Below are positions 21,613-33,710 of a stretch of 64,000 bases of DNA, in pieces (position 1 is the stretch's first letter; each line of letters opens with the position of its first letter). This stretch comes from Corallochytrium limacisporum Hawaii. Lineage: Eukaryota > Protista > Pluriformea. The DNA is taken from positions 78,749 through 142,748 of the forward strand of contig PDIP01000008.1 of assembly GCA_002811645.1 (NCBI GenBank), given 5' to 3'. A program made the translations under genes and the position numbers. Below the pieces are notes generated by a model. It made no database searches. It saw only the letters and a program-made list of their open reading frames with translations, and had not been told where the DNA came from.

Positions 21613-22060
21613 AACAATATGATGCCAACTAGATTCCGTAGAAACTTTTATGATTAGCACGACACATCTTGTTTGCGGCGTTCCTAGTCATGTAAGGGAG
21701 GAGCGCCTATATACGGGAGGTTCCCGGCCTAGTTTTTAGCTGTCCGCTCCCCGTACGGCTGGCGCCAAAACCCCCCTCCAAAACCCCCGAAAGGGGGGCT
21801 TTGCAGGGGGCGGCTCCCTGAACTAAGGAGTGTCGCGAACCCGCCGGGTTGCGATGGGGTATCTACGGACAGTCGGGTCCTACCAGGTACTTCAAAGCAA
21901 AGACAACAGATACCAGACACGCAATACTCTCTTGGTCCTGCTTGTTCCCCAATACACTTGAAGCTGTATATGTGTTATGGGGACTACTGGGACAGATGAC
22001 GGGACCAGAGCCGTGTAGTTATGTTCCTAAAGAATGTAAAGGAAGAACGCAACCTTCACA

Positions 22061-24415
22061 ATGTTCGGTTATTTGGCATCTTTCTTTGGGAGCCTGAGCA
22101 GCACCCCTGAACCGAGTCAAAGTGAAGACAATGATGCCGAAGATTCAAATGCCAGAGCTTGCTCCGTACCAACGCTCAGGAAACGGGCTTCACTCGCAAC
22201 ATTTGAGAAAGAATCGAAGCACAGACGCATGGCGAATTTCACTCCTGTGAGTTCTAGAGGCACATCAGAATTACACATTGAGAATGCCAGCGGGAGCCAC
22301 TCAGATTCGGACCCCATTGATAATGCTGGCTCCACCCCTTTATTGCCCGAGAACATAGAACCAGTGGAAGAAGGTGAGGAAGAACAAGAAGCCGTGTCCC
22401 TGCTCCTGAAGAAGAATGTAACGGAGGAAAAAAATGGAGGGAAGGCCAACCAAAGGGATCATGTCTCCCGGGAGAGTTATCAAGATTATGAAGAGCAACA
22501 CAGCAAGGGACCCTCAGAGGACTCGGAAAAAGAAAACGGAAAAGCCAGCTGGGAACAGAAAGATTTAAGATCACATGCACAGACGGATTCCAAGGCGATT
22601 GGACGATTGACAAGATCAAGAGGTCTTGCAACTGAAGTAGTCGCGGAATCTGAGGAGTCACCAGTGAAAACGCACATCATGCGGCTTAGAACACGAACTA
22701 TTAGGAAGCCTGGGAACACGTTGTCAATGGATAAAAAGAAAGATCGGGTTTTCTTGAAGCATGCTTATGCATGGGCCTCCATCGATAGCGACTCTGATGA
22801 CGATACTAGAGACCTAAAGAACATCACGCTCGGTGACGGAGTGGACCCAAAGAATCTTAAAATCTTGGAGGATATTGCAGATAAGAGAAGGCGAAGGGAA
22901 GAGAAAGTTGGCCTATTGACTTCAGACGATGAAGCGGAGGAACAACAGCAGGCAAGCCGGCAAGGAGACACGGCCACTTTTGCACAGGTGCTCAAAGCAG
23001 CTGATCTTGGTGACATTGGAGAGACTGAGGAGTTTGTCCACTTTCCGTCAGATAACCCTGAGTGCCTTTGGCAACCTGTGAATGTACCCCATGTGCTCGA
23101 TGCCATTGCGGAAAAGACCAGCAACCAAGGGTTCGAGATTGCTCGCTTTGCTATATTCTGGCGCTTGCGACATCGGGACCGTATCGATAAGAGTGATCTG
23201 ACTCAGCGACTCTTGAAGATGCTGATTGCGGGGTTGTTTTCTAAGAGTCCTGCGAAGAGGGCCAGCATTCGGGAGCAATTTGAACTAGTCCTGCATCGCA
23301 TCCGTGGCCTGGAAGGATCACAGGGGGTAGTTTGGTTTCTGGAGAAAGAGTCCTTTCAAACATTTCTTAAGTGCTTCCGGGTGAATGCCAGGGACGAGGA
23401 GACCATAAGCACGTTGAAATCGAGTCAGGCTTTCGAGGATGTGACCACGGACTGGCTCCGTTCGGACTCCATAAATCAGCGGGCCAAAACTCGTGCGTAC
23501 CACCAGGTTGGGCAAGCCCGGCAATTAGACGAGGCTGAAGTAGGGGAGCGTGTCATGTATTTATTGCGCCTCCTGGCCAAATGTTTAGTCATGGATGTTG
23601 TGGAGTACAGCACTGCCGACTGCTATGAAGTACTGAAATTGTGCTATACACATATTCCTCTTGGTGGTGGGTTGGCTGCCATGGAGCTGGTCAATAGTAT
23701 TCTGGCGAAGACTTCTGGCGTTGCCCCTGAAGAGATAGTCTATGGAATAGCGGGGTCAATACCGGCGGCGGAAGCAGAGGCTGTGCATGTGGTGGCCATC
23801 ACCCCTCCGTCCCTGTTTAAAACGAGGTTATGTAGTGCATTGGCTGTGCTGTCCTCCCGGCATGTTTTGGAATCTTGGACGGCAGTCAAGACCAAAGAGT
23901 CAGGTGTCCCGGGAGAGTCACAGAGCGACTACGATGCAGTGCCCGCCGCGAAGAGCAAGCCAAAGCCGGCCCTGGGGGACGTGCATGCATGCTTCATTGG
24001 CTCGGTCGAGACATTGCAGCAGATTCCTCTTGGACATAGACTGTTGCACCACACTGCCGCAGCTCGCACGACTGAATTTAGTCAATTGTACAACGCTCTG
24101 TGGCTTCTCAATCGTTTATACTTTTTGCTACCGTCGAATGAAGTCCAGGCAGTTCATTCAGACCTGCAACGCCTGCTCACTCATCTTGAAGGTGGCATTC
24201 GGGATCATTCGCACTTTTTTGTCGCCCGAACAGAGGTTAAAGGTCTCGTCACACGTTTTCAGACACAGATCCGTATTGCAAGCGATTCGTACGATCCGCT
24301 CAGCGACAAGAATCTCGAAGCCGCTAGTACCCCGATGCGGGAGGACTTGCAAACTCAGTCACAGCAATTGTCACAGCGATCGGCGCTAAAGCATGTGGCC
24401 ACTAAATTGTTCTAA
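22061..24415 (+). CDS. Probable SLF2/FAM178 (Nse6-like) SMC5/6 loader subunit
   Basis: 784 aa with a disordered acidic N-terminus and helical C-terminus. The terminal LEGGIRDHSHFFVARTEVKGLVTRF resembles the SLF2 C-terminal pattern I-R-(E/D)...R-T-x-V-K-x-L-V-x-R as recalled. Confidence 0.55.
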   Translation: MFGYLASFFGSLSSTPEPSQSEDNDAEDSNARACSVPTLRKRASLATFEKESKHRRMANFTPVSSRGTSELHIENASGSHSDSDPIDNAGSTPLLPENIEPVEEGEEEQEAVSLLLKKNVTEEKNGGKANQRDHVSRESYQDYEEQHSKGPSEDSEKENGKASWEQKDLRSHAQTDSKAIGRLTRSRGLATEVVAESEESPVKTHIMRLRTRTIRKPGNTLSMDKKKDRVFLKHAYAWASIDSDSDDDTRDLKNITLGDGVDPKNLKILEDIADKRRRREEKVGLLTSDDEAEEQQQASRQGDTATFAQVLKAADLGDIGETEEFVHFPSDNPECLWQPVNVPHVLDAIAEKTSNQGFEIARFAIFWRLRHRDRIDKSDLTQRLLKMLIAGLFSKSPAKRASIREQFELVLHRIRGLEGSQGVVWFLEKESFQTFLKCFRVNARDEETISTLKSSQAFEDVTTDWLRSDSINQRAKTRAYHQVGQARQLDEAEVGERVMYLLRLLAKCLVMDVVEYSTADCYEVLKLCYTHIPLGGGLAAMELVNSILAKTSGVAPEEIVYGIAGSIPAAEAEAVHVVAITPPSLFKTRLCSALAVLSSRHVLESWTAVKTKESGVPGESQSDYDAVPAAKSKPKPALGDVHACFIGSVETLQQIPLGHRLLHHTAAARTTEFSQLYNALWLLNRLYFLLPSNEVQAVHSDLQRLLTHLEGGIRDHSHFFVARTEVKGLVTRFQTQIRIASDSYDPLSDKNLEAASTPMREDLQTQSQQLSQRSALKHVATKLF

Positions 24416-24490
24416 TAATTCAAAGAGCCAAAATGTAGTATAGTACAAGGAACATGTTTTGATCAAAGGCATAGCCCGCTTTACGGTTTC

Positions 24491-25585
24491 CTATCCCTTG
24501 TTATGCCGATTCCCCCACCCTCTTGGGTGCGTGTCCTTCCAGTCGTCGTCCGCTCGTAGCTTTCGATACTTTTCGTCGTTGTCAGCATCGTTGTCAGAGT
24601 CGGCCTCTTCGTCCTGGCCTGCACCTTCACAATTACCAGCGTTCATAGGACCCCCATCAGGCAGCCGGCCGGCCGCAATCTCGCGATCTGCCCACTCTTC
24701 GGGAGTCATTGTCGGCGGCGCTGCGGGATACCCTCGACCAAATACGCCACGCATAATGTCATCCCGGGTGATCTTCAGAGGGCCGTGAGCCAGTGGGTCG
24801 CCTGAGGCGATCGCTTGCTCCCTTCGTTTTCGCCGGGCCTCGTCATCACGCGCTATTTGCTTCTCTAGACCTCCCTCGCGCTCTTCGATGCCGGCAATTT
24901 GTTTTAGCATAGTCATCTCCTCGTGCCAGTAACGAGCATCGCTCAGCAGTTCCAGCATTTGCAAACGCAGGCGAGCCAGAGTAAAACTGCGTAGTAATTC
25001 ATCATCGACAACGTCTTCATCGATTTCTCCCTTGTTCCCGATCGGTGCGAGGGTGTTGATCTTGGAAGTCATTTCCTCAATTTCACCTTTGAGTTTCTTC
25101 TCCTCCGAGCGATGGTTGAGCAGCAGATCACGCCGAGCCTGCGGGTTTGCCTTCAGCGTATGCCCGTAAAATGCAGAATGTAGCATGGAGCGCAGCAGCT
25201 TGGCCTCATCGTTGCGGTTCAAGTCTGTCGCGCCGCCTTCCTCGTTGTATCCGCACATATCCATGTAGTCCTCCGCAAAGTTGCGCACATTAATCAGCGC
25301 CTCCTGCAGGTATTGTATCCTTGTCTCTTTCTCCATACTTGGTCTCATTCCCAAGAGCTTTGCCCGGTAAGCCCCCAAAGAGAGAAATTGTAGATCCAAT
25401 GTTGGTACATCGTCTATGAACTCGTTACTGGAGAAAATGTCCAGCGCATCAACCCGGTGAGCTAGCGTACCGATGTTCTCGATGGCCCGGTTCCATTTGG
25501 CCTCATCGTATTCATCTTCCAATTCACTACAGAGAGCAACTGTTTCTCTCAGTAGAGGTCTTGTTTCTTTAATTTCCTGAGGCAT
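24491..25585 (-). CDS. TAP42: TAP42 / alpha4 (IGBP1) PP2A-family regulator
   Basis: Motifs IFSSNEFIDDVPTLDLQFL, VFGRGYP..PTMTPEEW and C-terminal DDWKDTHPRGWGNR. Confidence 0.93.
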   Translation of the reverse strand: MPQEIKETRPLLRETVALCSELEDEYDEAKWNRAIENIGTLAHRVDALDIFSSNEFIDDVPTLDLQFLSLGAYRAKLLGMRPSMEKETRIQYLQEALINVRNFAEDYMDMCGYNEEGGATDLNRNDEAKLLRSMLHSAFYGHTLKANPQARRDLLLNHRSEEKKLKGEIEEMTSKINTLAPIGNKGEIDEDVVDDELLRSFTLARLRLQMLELLSDARYWHEEMTMLKQIAGIEEREGGLEKQIARDDEARRKRREQAIASGDPLAHGPLKITRDDIMRGVFGRGYPAAPPTMTPEEWADREIAAGRLPDGGPMNAGNCEGAGQDEEADSDNDADNDEKYRKLRADDDWKDTHPRGWGNRHNKG

Positions 25586-26360
25586 AGTTATGGTGTACTA
25601 GTCCATGCACCTTTCTTCCTCTAACACTATTCCCATACTCCTATGAGTCCTTATTCCTATCACTGGTTGAACAGAATAGAACACATCTTGCGCATAACAT
25701 CTTGGAATTTGACAATATCTGGAAAATAAACACCAGTCAAATACCAAGCCAAAACGGTTGTGTACACACTCTTCTCCACGGGACCTCCTTGGCACCGAGC
25801 ATTCCGGAAGGCCTGTGATCCACCTTCGGGGCAGAGCCGTTGGGCACTCGAAGCGGGAAGCCCGTCGGGCTCTGTATAACACCACAGCTGGCCAGTGGCT
25901 TTTTTGGCTTTTTGCGACCCGTTTACCCGCCACGGCAAAATTAGGCCCCGGTTCAAACACTGGACGGGTCAAAGACAGAAATGAGAAACCCCTCCCTCCG
26001 CCTGGGGAAGAGGGATGAGAGGTAAAGTGGTTGGTGTGTGTCAGGACGCCACAACAAATCCTTAGCTGAAGTAATATCATCCCTTACTTTTCCGCAATTC
26101 ACTTGCGCAAAAGTGCATCGTTTTGCGTTGGTAGGTGAGTGGGAAGAATGAGGGGATCTCGGAAGCCCGGCAATTGAGCGCGGTGGAGCCACGTATTCGA
26201 GAACAGGAGTGGAATGATCTAGGGTTCCAACACTGGTGTTTATTAGCAAGTCTATTGAGCTTATGGTACGGGCCATTGAGAGCAGACATTGAGACCTGTG
26301 GCAAACCTGAACGTGAGAGATCACAATTGATACTGCAAGACCGCAGATTTGCTAGTAGAG

Positions 26361-27206
26361 ATGGGGGAAGTCGAAGTTCATTACCGCAACAAGGCCGAAT
26401 TTGACAAAAAGCTCGCGGCAATCAAGGCAGATGGTCACCAGCGTCTTCAATTCATCACAGATTTTGACATGACCCTGACAAAATATAATGTCGGTGGCGT
26501 AAAGGGGTCGTCTTCTCATGGAATTGTAGAAAACTGTCCCGACCTTTCAAAGGAGTACCATGCAAAGGCTCATGGACTCTTTGAAACATACTATCCCATC
26601 GAAATCGATCCTAATCTGACCAACGAAGAGAAGTATCCCAAAATGGTAGAATGGTGGAGCAAGGCACACGACGCCCTAATCGAAGCCGGTATGCGTCGAG
26701 AGTACATGGAGCGAGCAGTTAAGGAAGCCAATCTAGCCTTTAGAAATGGAGTTGAGACAGCCCTGAAGTGCTTACGAGATGCGAATGTTCCTGTCTTAGT
26801 GTTTAGCGCTGGGCTAGGTGATGTCATCGATGAGATCTTTAAGCAATACATGGGAGGACGAGACGGCAACACGCACATTATTGCCAACTGGATGAAGTTT
26901 AACGACAATGGTCTCTTGATTGATTTTCAGGGTGAGATCATCCATGTCTTTAACAAAAAGGAACAAACAATCCACGGAGAGTTTGCCGAACGTGTCAGGC
27001 AGCGCCAGAATGTCATTCTCTGCGGTGACTCACAGGGCGATGTGCACATGGCCGACGGTGTCGAGGCCGAAACTGTGCTCAAAATCGGTTTCCTTAACCA
27101 CCATATCGAAAAGTCGCTCCCAATTTACAAAGGGATCTATGACGTAGTAATCACCAATGATGCTGAATTTTCATTTGTGAATGACATCCTGAAACAGACC
27201 TTATGA
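26361..27206 (+). CDS. NT5C3: Cytosolic pyrimidine / 7-methylguanosine 5'-nucleotidase (NT5C3, HAD family)
   Basis: Motifs ITDFDMTLT, YYPIEIDP, MVEWW, VFSAGLGD, IHVFNK, GDSQGD and LKIGFLN. First ATG is 26361; the track start at 26349 is TTG. Confidence 0.93.
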   Translation: MGEVEVHYRNKAEFDKKLAAIKADGHQRLQFITDFDMTLTKYNVGGVKGSSSHGIVENCPDLSKEYHAKAHGLFETYYPIEIDPNLTNEEKYPKMVEWWSKAHDALIEAGMRREYMERAVKEANLAFRNGVETALKCLRDANVPVLVFSAGLGDVIDEIFKQYMGGRDGNTHIIANWMKFNDNGLLIDFQGEIIHVFNKKEQTIHGEFAERVRQRQNVILCGDSQGDVHMADGVEAETVLKIGFLNHHIEKSLPIYKGIYDVVITNDAEFSFVNDILKQTL

Positions 27207-30200
27207 TGCAGCTTCTCCTCTAACTATTGACAGGAGTTTCCCGTTTCAAATTACACTTGGCGTATAGTACGATTTCTTAACTATGGTATGGGTTTGCTAT
27301 TAATTGTTAAAGAAAACTACGATCCGAATCTACGTAGATAGAAATCTTATTCCTTCTTCTCCTCGGTCTTGCTTCCCCCGCGCATAGACATAATCAGGTA
27401 CACACCAATAGCACCGCCAAGCACCGCAAAAACAGTCTGCATATACGAAAAACATTTTGAACAAGAATTCCAAGTTAGTCTACAGTTCCGATAGTCATAA
27501 ATCCCTGAAAGTAGGTCTACCACCAAATACTTACATTGCGCCGTCCAGCCCGGGTCACGGTGTTGAAGATGCGTGGATCATGAGGTTCGGGTTCTCCGCC
27601 GGCCATTTTGACGATATCAAGATGTTTCTTGTTCTGACAAACAATTTATCCCTTGTTTACTAGTGATGAACTCCGTAGCGGAATGAAATTGGAAGGTTTG
27701 CCAGCCTCATATAGGTATGCTGAAGGCGAACAGACTGAATGAACTACACCCAGGGTACTGTGTGACCGGCTCACTAATCCCAAGCCGGGTTCTTGATTGC
27801 ATCGCAGTGTGTGCACACACCACCATTACACGGCCCGTTCAACAATTGACACACGGGGGGTGTAGCGTGCTACCAGACCCTCTGTATCCATTGTTTGGAC
27901 CAATTGTTTATGTCCAGTGGGTGCAGTACATTCACTATAATGAATGACAGGGTGAGTAAAAGGGACCATGACGGTAGTCTCAGTATTGAAATAGGACAAA
28001 CACCTGAGGGGAGTGAGGGGGAGTCACAATAAACTGATGCCCCAAAATATCGTTAACTTGAAACATTGATAACTGATACTCTAACATACATACTTATTTC
28101 AAATTAACTACCACCAAGCGCTCGAGGGAGAAGCGACACAATGAAGGAAAATTCGTCAGCACGCGCAGTGATCCACCAGCCCACTTTCACTGCTGCTCTA
28201 GTAATTCTTTGTGGTCACCCAATTTCATAAAAAGTCAATGAGACATTCACTCAGCGAAACCTTCGTCGCGAGTGCACGAGGACGGAGTTCATTGCCCATG
28301 CGTGGGTGTTCCCGAAAACACTTCAATGAATCCTTCACTATCATCGTGCTAGACTTCCGTTCGAAAGCAGTGGAGGTCTAGATACACTGACCATGGCAGG
28401 CACGAATACCCTGCATGCTGGGTTATGGATCGACTGAGAGCGCTGTGTGTTCCTGTACCGTGTTCGGTGCGCGCTGCCAGCGTTTGGCAGCTGTAAGTTG
28501 TCCACCAGAGTTGTCCTTCGTCCCCATGTCATGGCAACCGTGTTTCGACGTCCCATACATATTGTTCCTTTGTTTCCTTTAGGATTCGCTATCCCTGGTC
28601 TCGATCGTCAGGTGGGGCTGAAGGGGGGGGGGCTTGTTGGACCAGAGCCTGTGGAGTGCGCGCGCCAAAGAAGTATTTAGAGAGGGAGTTTTCTCAACAT
28701 CTTCTTGTCTTCTAAGATGTACGTTTAAGTTGGACAAGGTTAGAAGACAAGACTGGGCTCACCGAGATCCTGTGATGGCATCTGACCGTTTCACAGTACA
28801 TATAGTACGCGATTGGTGCACAAAGATAACCTGAGCTTTAAGGTACCTACACGCCAATCGCAAGAGGGTAGGAACTGGAACGTTCCTCATATTCTAATTG
28901 CGCGGTGCCAGAAATGGACAATTCTAATAATGAACATACTGACAAACCTCTAAGTTTCAAATGGGTAAGGGCCCAGACTCCCTGTGGAACAAAGCCGACT
29001 CAGCCCACGCTCAGTAACTTTCAACTTCCTTTGACTTCTTATGCTGAATTCATAGAACTAGCCTGTGATGCGGTACCATCGGCCGATGCGGACTCGTTTT
29101 GCCAACACGTTTTAGTCTTCATCGTTCGAAGTCTCATCGCAATTCGACGATTTCTGGTAAGGCGAGCCAAGATTCAACTGTGTGCATGGAATGTTGAGTA
29201 ATAAGCATGTTTCGAATTCCGAAGGAAATTAGCTCTTGCGTTTGTCTGCGACATGGTTCCCCGGGATTCGTTTGCAGACCTCGCGAGTTTTCGCCAATCC
29301 ATCCACACAACAATTGTTACGAGGCTCCCCGCCCGCGAAATGAAAGGCACATTCAGCTTTCGATGAATATGACAAGGAGCGCCCAAGAAAAAATCAATTA
29401 GCTAACAATGTCTAAAGAGTGAACGCAGCCCAAACTTGTGACGAATTGTTGATGTTCACTTGTCGTGGGCTGACGTGTTGATAAGCCCAGTGCACAGGGT
29501 TGGTCAATACATTTACTACTAATATCCCGCGTGCTCATACAGAGAGATAAAGAGAAGCGTGCGTTCAAACAGTTGGGGCTGTTCATGTCTTCCCCTTTAT
29601 CGGATTAGGAACATCCAAACGAATTCGCGGTCAGGTTGCCAGCCATTATCAATGGTCTTGGCCAATGCCGCCACTGTTGTACCTCCTTTGATTTCAAGTT
29701 TCGACTCCGAGTCTTGTGTGGGCAGAAGTACTAAGAAACTGAGACACTGGACAGATTAGTGCCCCACTCACCGCTGCTAAGTTTACGGTCCGAATGAGCA
29801 GTATTGTCCCGTAGGATCCGACCTGGGATATGTATTTTCTAAGTTGGAAAGAAGGGAGGCTAATCAGGTCCGAGATATGGGCCGCGGGGAGCGAAAAATA
29901 CTTCACCTGTCAGGGTCATACATAGGACGAGTGCTCAACAGAAACGTCCGATAAAGTCATACGAGTGAGCCAAAGAAATTCGCAGGGAAGGGGGGAGGAT
30001 TGCACGCACCCTTGCTGTCCGGCGCACTCCGGAGTGATCCGGAGTGTATCCGAGCGATTTGGGGAGGAAGAGGAGGGTGGGGGGACGTTCCCAATATACC
30101 TACGTGTTTTTGCGTTTCCGTTTAACAGGATGCGTTCGGTTGCATGTGGCTGGACTCGCTAATGGATGTCTGCGTCCCGCTACCTCAAGTCTCTTGGTTC

Positions 30201-32874
30201 TGCCTGGTGTTGGAGACCCCAATTACGGTACAATAGACCAGTGTTCAGAGCATAGGCTCCTAAGACCAAGACGAGGTGTGAGAGAATTCTGATTTCGTCC
30301 ACCTTACTGCTGGACTGTGAACCCGTCCACAAGGACGCCTATAATATGATTATTTATATTGCTTGTCCACTCCATACTTCCTCGGAGAAACCAGCGCTCG
30401 CGGAATAGACGCATTTTTGTGTTTCATCTTTAGAGAGGCTTCTGCTGCCTCGTGGGGACTAGACGCGAACATTGCTCCCAATTTCACTTGATACAGCCAG
30501 TGGGATGTCAGTGCAGCCATGGTCGAAACAGCTTTCATTTCACGGTACCGATGGAGCGCACGGCATTCACCAGCACAATTAGGTCGGCATAATGATGTCG
30601 TCTGTGACCAAGCCATGAATTGGGAGTGCATTTGGTCAGGCTCCTCTTGATATCGGATTTCGCCCGCCTGGATTACTCTCGACTTGACTTTTCCTTGGTT
30701 TTGCGTTAATGAGAGCTGCAGGGAGAATGGCCTGTGAATGCAGATCGATAACCCGCACAATTACCTCCGTAACCCCACTTACATCGTCGAGTCAGCCATT
30801 ACTTAGTAAGGATACCTGGATTGCTGATGGGATATTGACTCCGTACACACCTCACCAAGCATATGGGTCAGGGGTACCTAGCTGTGCAGTAGGAGGACAA
30901 GAGTACAACAATAGCGTTTCCTTGTCGCAGGTCCCAAAGAAACGCATTGTATCAAATGAACGGATGCGACCGAGATATATAGAACAGAGATAGTCTTCTG
31001 CCTAAGAAGTGGTAGGAAAAGATCAGTTAGAAAACAAAAACAGAAAACGAAAGACCCTTCCATCGCGGAGTTCGATCCAATTACAGTTTTCTTCGCTCAC
31101 CCTCAGCTCCGCCGCTGAAACGTACACCCACACAAAACACAGGCCCCGAAAGCATCTCCAGGTTCTGGACGAGAAGTAATTGCCCTTTGTACTTCAGCTT
31201 CGACTACTGTGAACGTACATATATCCCCGGCCACGCGCAGGGTGTGGTTCTCCCCCTTTTTTTGCGTTTTTGTCGCATACACCGCGTACTGTTTCTGTGT
31301 TTCTCTTCAACCGTCAAGGGGGCGCAAACTTGCTCGTGTTTGGGACCCAATGTTGCAGGGAATCATGACATTCTCCGAGTCACGGTGGTCTAACTTTAAG
31401 CATTGGCTGCGGTTGCTAATAATTTTATTGTGCGTTCCCGTCGTCCAAGCTCACCCTATAGCCTCGTTGAGACTACGCTACATGTTCTGCGAGCGCTGTT
31501 CCCCACTCTCCTTCGTATACGTTCAGAGTTTTGTTTCCTTACCACGTAAGAGAAACCGGTCGGGGTGAGCGGCTTCGAGACCTCGTGTCGCGCCGGAGAT
31601 TTTCTGGGTTTGTTGGGGAACAAAGAAGGTATCGTATGTGGCGACACAAAGGGACCCTCGAGGGGTTCTGGAGGACGGCAAACTGTGATTGGCACCTACT
31701 TAGACTTCCTCAAGGTTTATGCTAAGCTAGTTTGCTAAGGAATTTCTATGGAAATGGAAAGAGTTCAGTCAAAACGTGCGGAGTATAAAGATACCCCTTT
31801 ATTTCCCTTTGAGCTCCCGCGGGCGCATCCTTGGAGGAGGAGCGACACAGATAAAGCAAATTCAAACACAATGGGGCTTGGTATAATTTGTGCCCATATG
31901 CTGGGTCACAGTGCAGCAAGGACATTCTGACCAGATGATGTCAATGGTAGCACACCACTATTGCACATGGAGGAAGCAACGTGTACTGAGAAGAAAAATT
32001 TTATCTCGTTGTTCTTCTCTCTGCTCCGTGATGTTCAGGTAGTATTCAGGGTCGTCTTCCCGTTGCTTTCGCTGTCCACTGTTGCCCTAGCTAGTTCCTG
32101 TTGTAGGCGGTGAAACCGTGTGGTGCGTCACTATTTATTCAGTACATCCAATATGGGAATTTGAATGGACGGGGTCAAGCGCGGAGACGACACCATCAAT
32201 GTTTGAGGCGGTGTGTGATCCTTGTCGGTGGCGTCAGCGCCAATTTATTGGCTGAAAGCCCTCTCCCTACTGTCGCTCGCTTCAGCCTCCCACTCATGTC
32301 ATCTCGTCTCATTCTTATGTATACCAGGTATTAAGCTGACTATGCTCCTCGTGCTCGTAGCTGAGTCCAAGCTGAGCTCCGCCCATGCCTGGTTAAGGCA
32401 GCCGAAATGCGCTGTAAGCGTTTCTTCGTTCCTGCGCAGAAATGAGATTGATTTGCTGCATATATCGGTAGAGAGGAATCGCGGGCCCCATCGAACTCCA
32501 AGACCGACTTTCCGAGTTACCTATGAAACCCGAGATCGAAGGGCAATAGGCAATATGTGCAAATCCCCGGCAAGACGGCAAGCCCGAGCACTTTTCGTTT
32601 GTGAGTGCGCTGAAGATCCTACGCAATCCGAGGGAAAACTTCAGGAACCAACAATGCAGCATAAGAGTTGGGGACCTCGCGGAGGGCGTTGATGGGAAGA
32701 GGGGAAAGGGATGTTGTCGAGAACCCCCTTCCCCAGACCTGCTGCCCTAGGAGCCGACCTGTATACAAAGTACCGACGAACTTTTGAAACGGAAAACCGC
32801 TGGTCCCAGCGAAGGGCGGGGGCCTCGGCAAAACTGCGGGTGCGACCATTGTTGCGTGAAAGGTGCTGTGGTGC

Positions 32875-32944
32875 AGAGAGAGAGAGAGAGAGACAGAGAG
32901 ACAGAGAGAGAGCGCGACAGAAAGAAAGAGAGAGAGGGAGAGAG
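32875..32944 (+). repeat. Imperfect (GA)n microsatellite about 770 bp upstream of the histidine kinase
   Basis: agagagagagagagagagacagagagacagagagagag... read directly. Confidence 0.9.
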
Positions 32945-33710
32945 GTCCCGCGCCAGAGGGGAAGAGCGACTTCTTTTTCTAGTTAAGTTTCAGCTAGCAA
33001 AATTCCTTCCATTGTTCAATTCCCCAACCCCACGGAGTCGATATGTGCAAGTGAGACCACTGCGAGCGTGCCCTGTTGCACGAGCATTTCCGAATTCCAC
33101 CTCTTTCCCCCTCCCCCTCTTGGAACTCAGTGTGTACGACATTCCCCTGCCCCCACTTGTTTCTTCCTCAGTACTTTGGTCTCATTGCTTTTTTATTCTT
33201 CATTCGAAGGCTGGAAAAAGTTTTTATTTTAGTCCAACCGCTGTGGTGATTCGTCTGTCCGCCGGTGGCCCTGTATGGGCTTCCCCCCTGTTTTTTCCGT
33301 TTGGTAAGCCGAGGATTGGGGCGGGGCTGCGTCACTGCCCCTTCTGTTTTCTCCTCCTTTTTCTTCTTGATTCTACAGCTCTGCATGGAACCGGTTGTCG
33401 GACAACGGAAGAATCAACAGGGGTATCAATTAATGGGACCCAAGAACACACCTGTACACCGCACCGACGAAGTTGACCGTGAACATCCGAGCTCGAGGCT
33501 CACGAACGTTTTGGTGTGTGCTCCGACGAAACAGAAAACCAGTGCTGGTTCTTTGCCTAGCGAGTACGGAATACGAAAGTTATGGTTCCACACTCCCTGG
33601 GTATTTTGAGGTTCCGATCACCGCAACAGGTATGGGTGTGCTTTCCTTTTATCCGCACTGTAGTTACTTACAGGGATCAGTTTTCGGGTATATACACATG
33701 AGGAATAAAA

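Noticed and set aside
25917-25971. tRNA-like stem with GGTTCAAA
   Set aside because: Only about 55 nt, with no D or anticodon arms and a mispaired T stem.
32784-33476. 230 aa ORF with ER repeats
   Set aside because: It is a translation of the (GA)n microsatellite and T-rich tracts with a non-ATG start.
27207-33710. Transposon or CRISPR-like array in the long spacer
   Set aside because: No terminal repeats, RT or transposase motifs, or regularly spaced repeats were seen.
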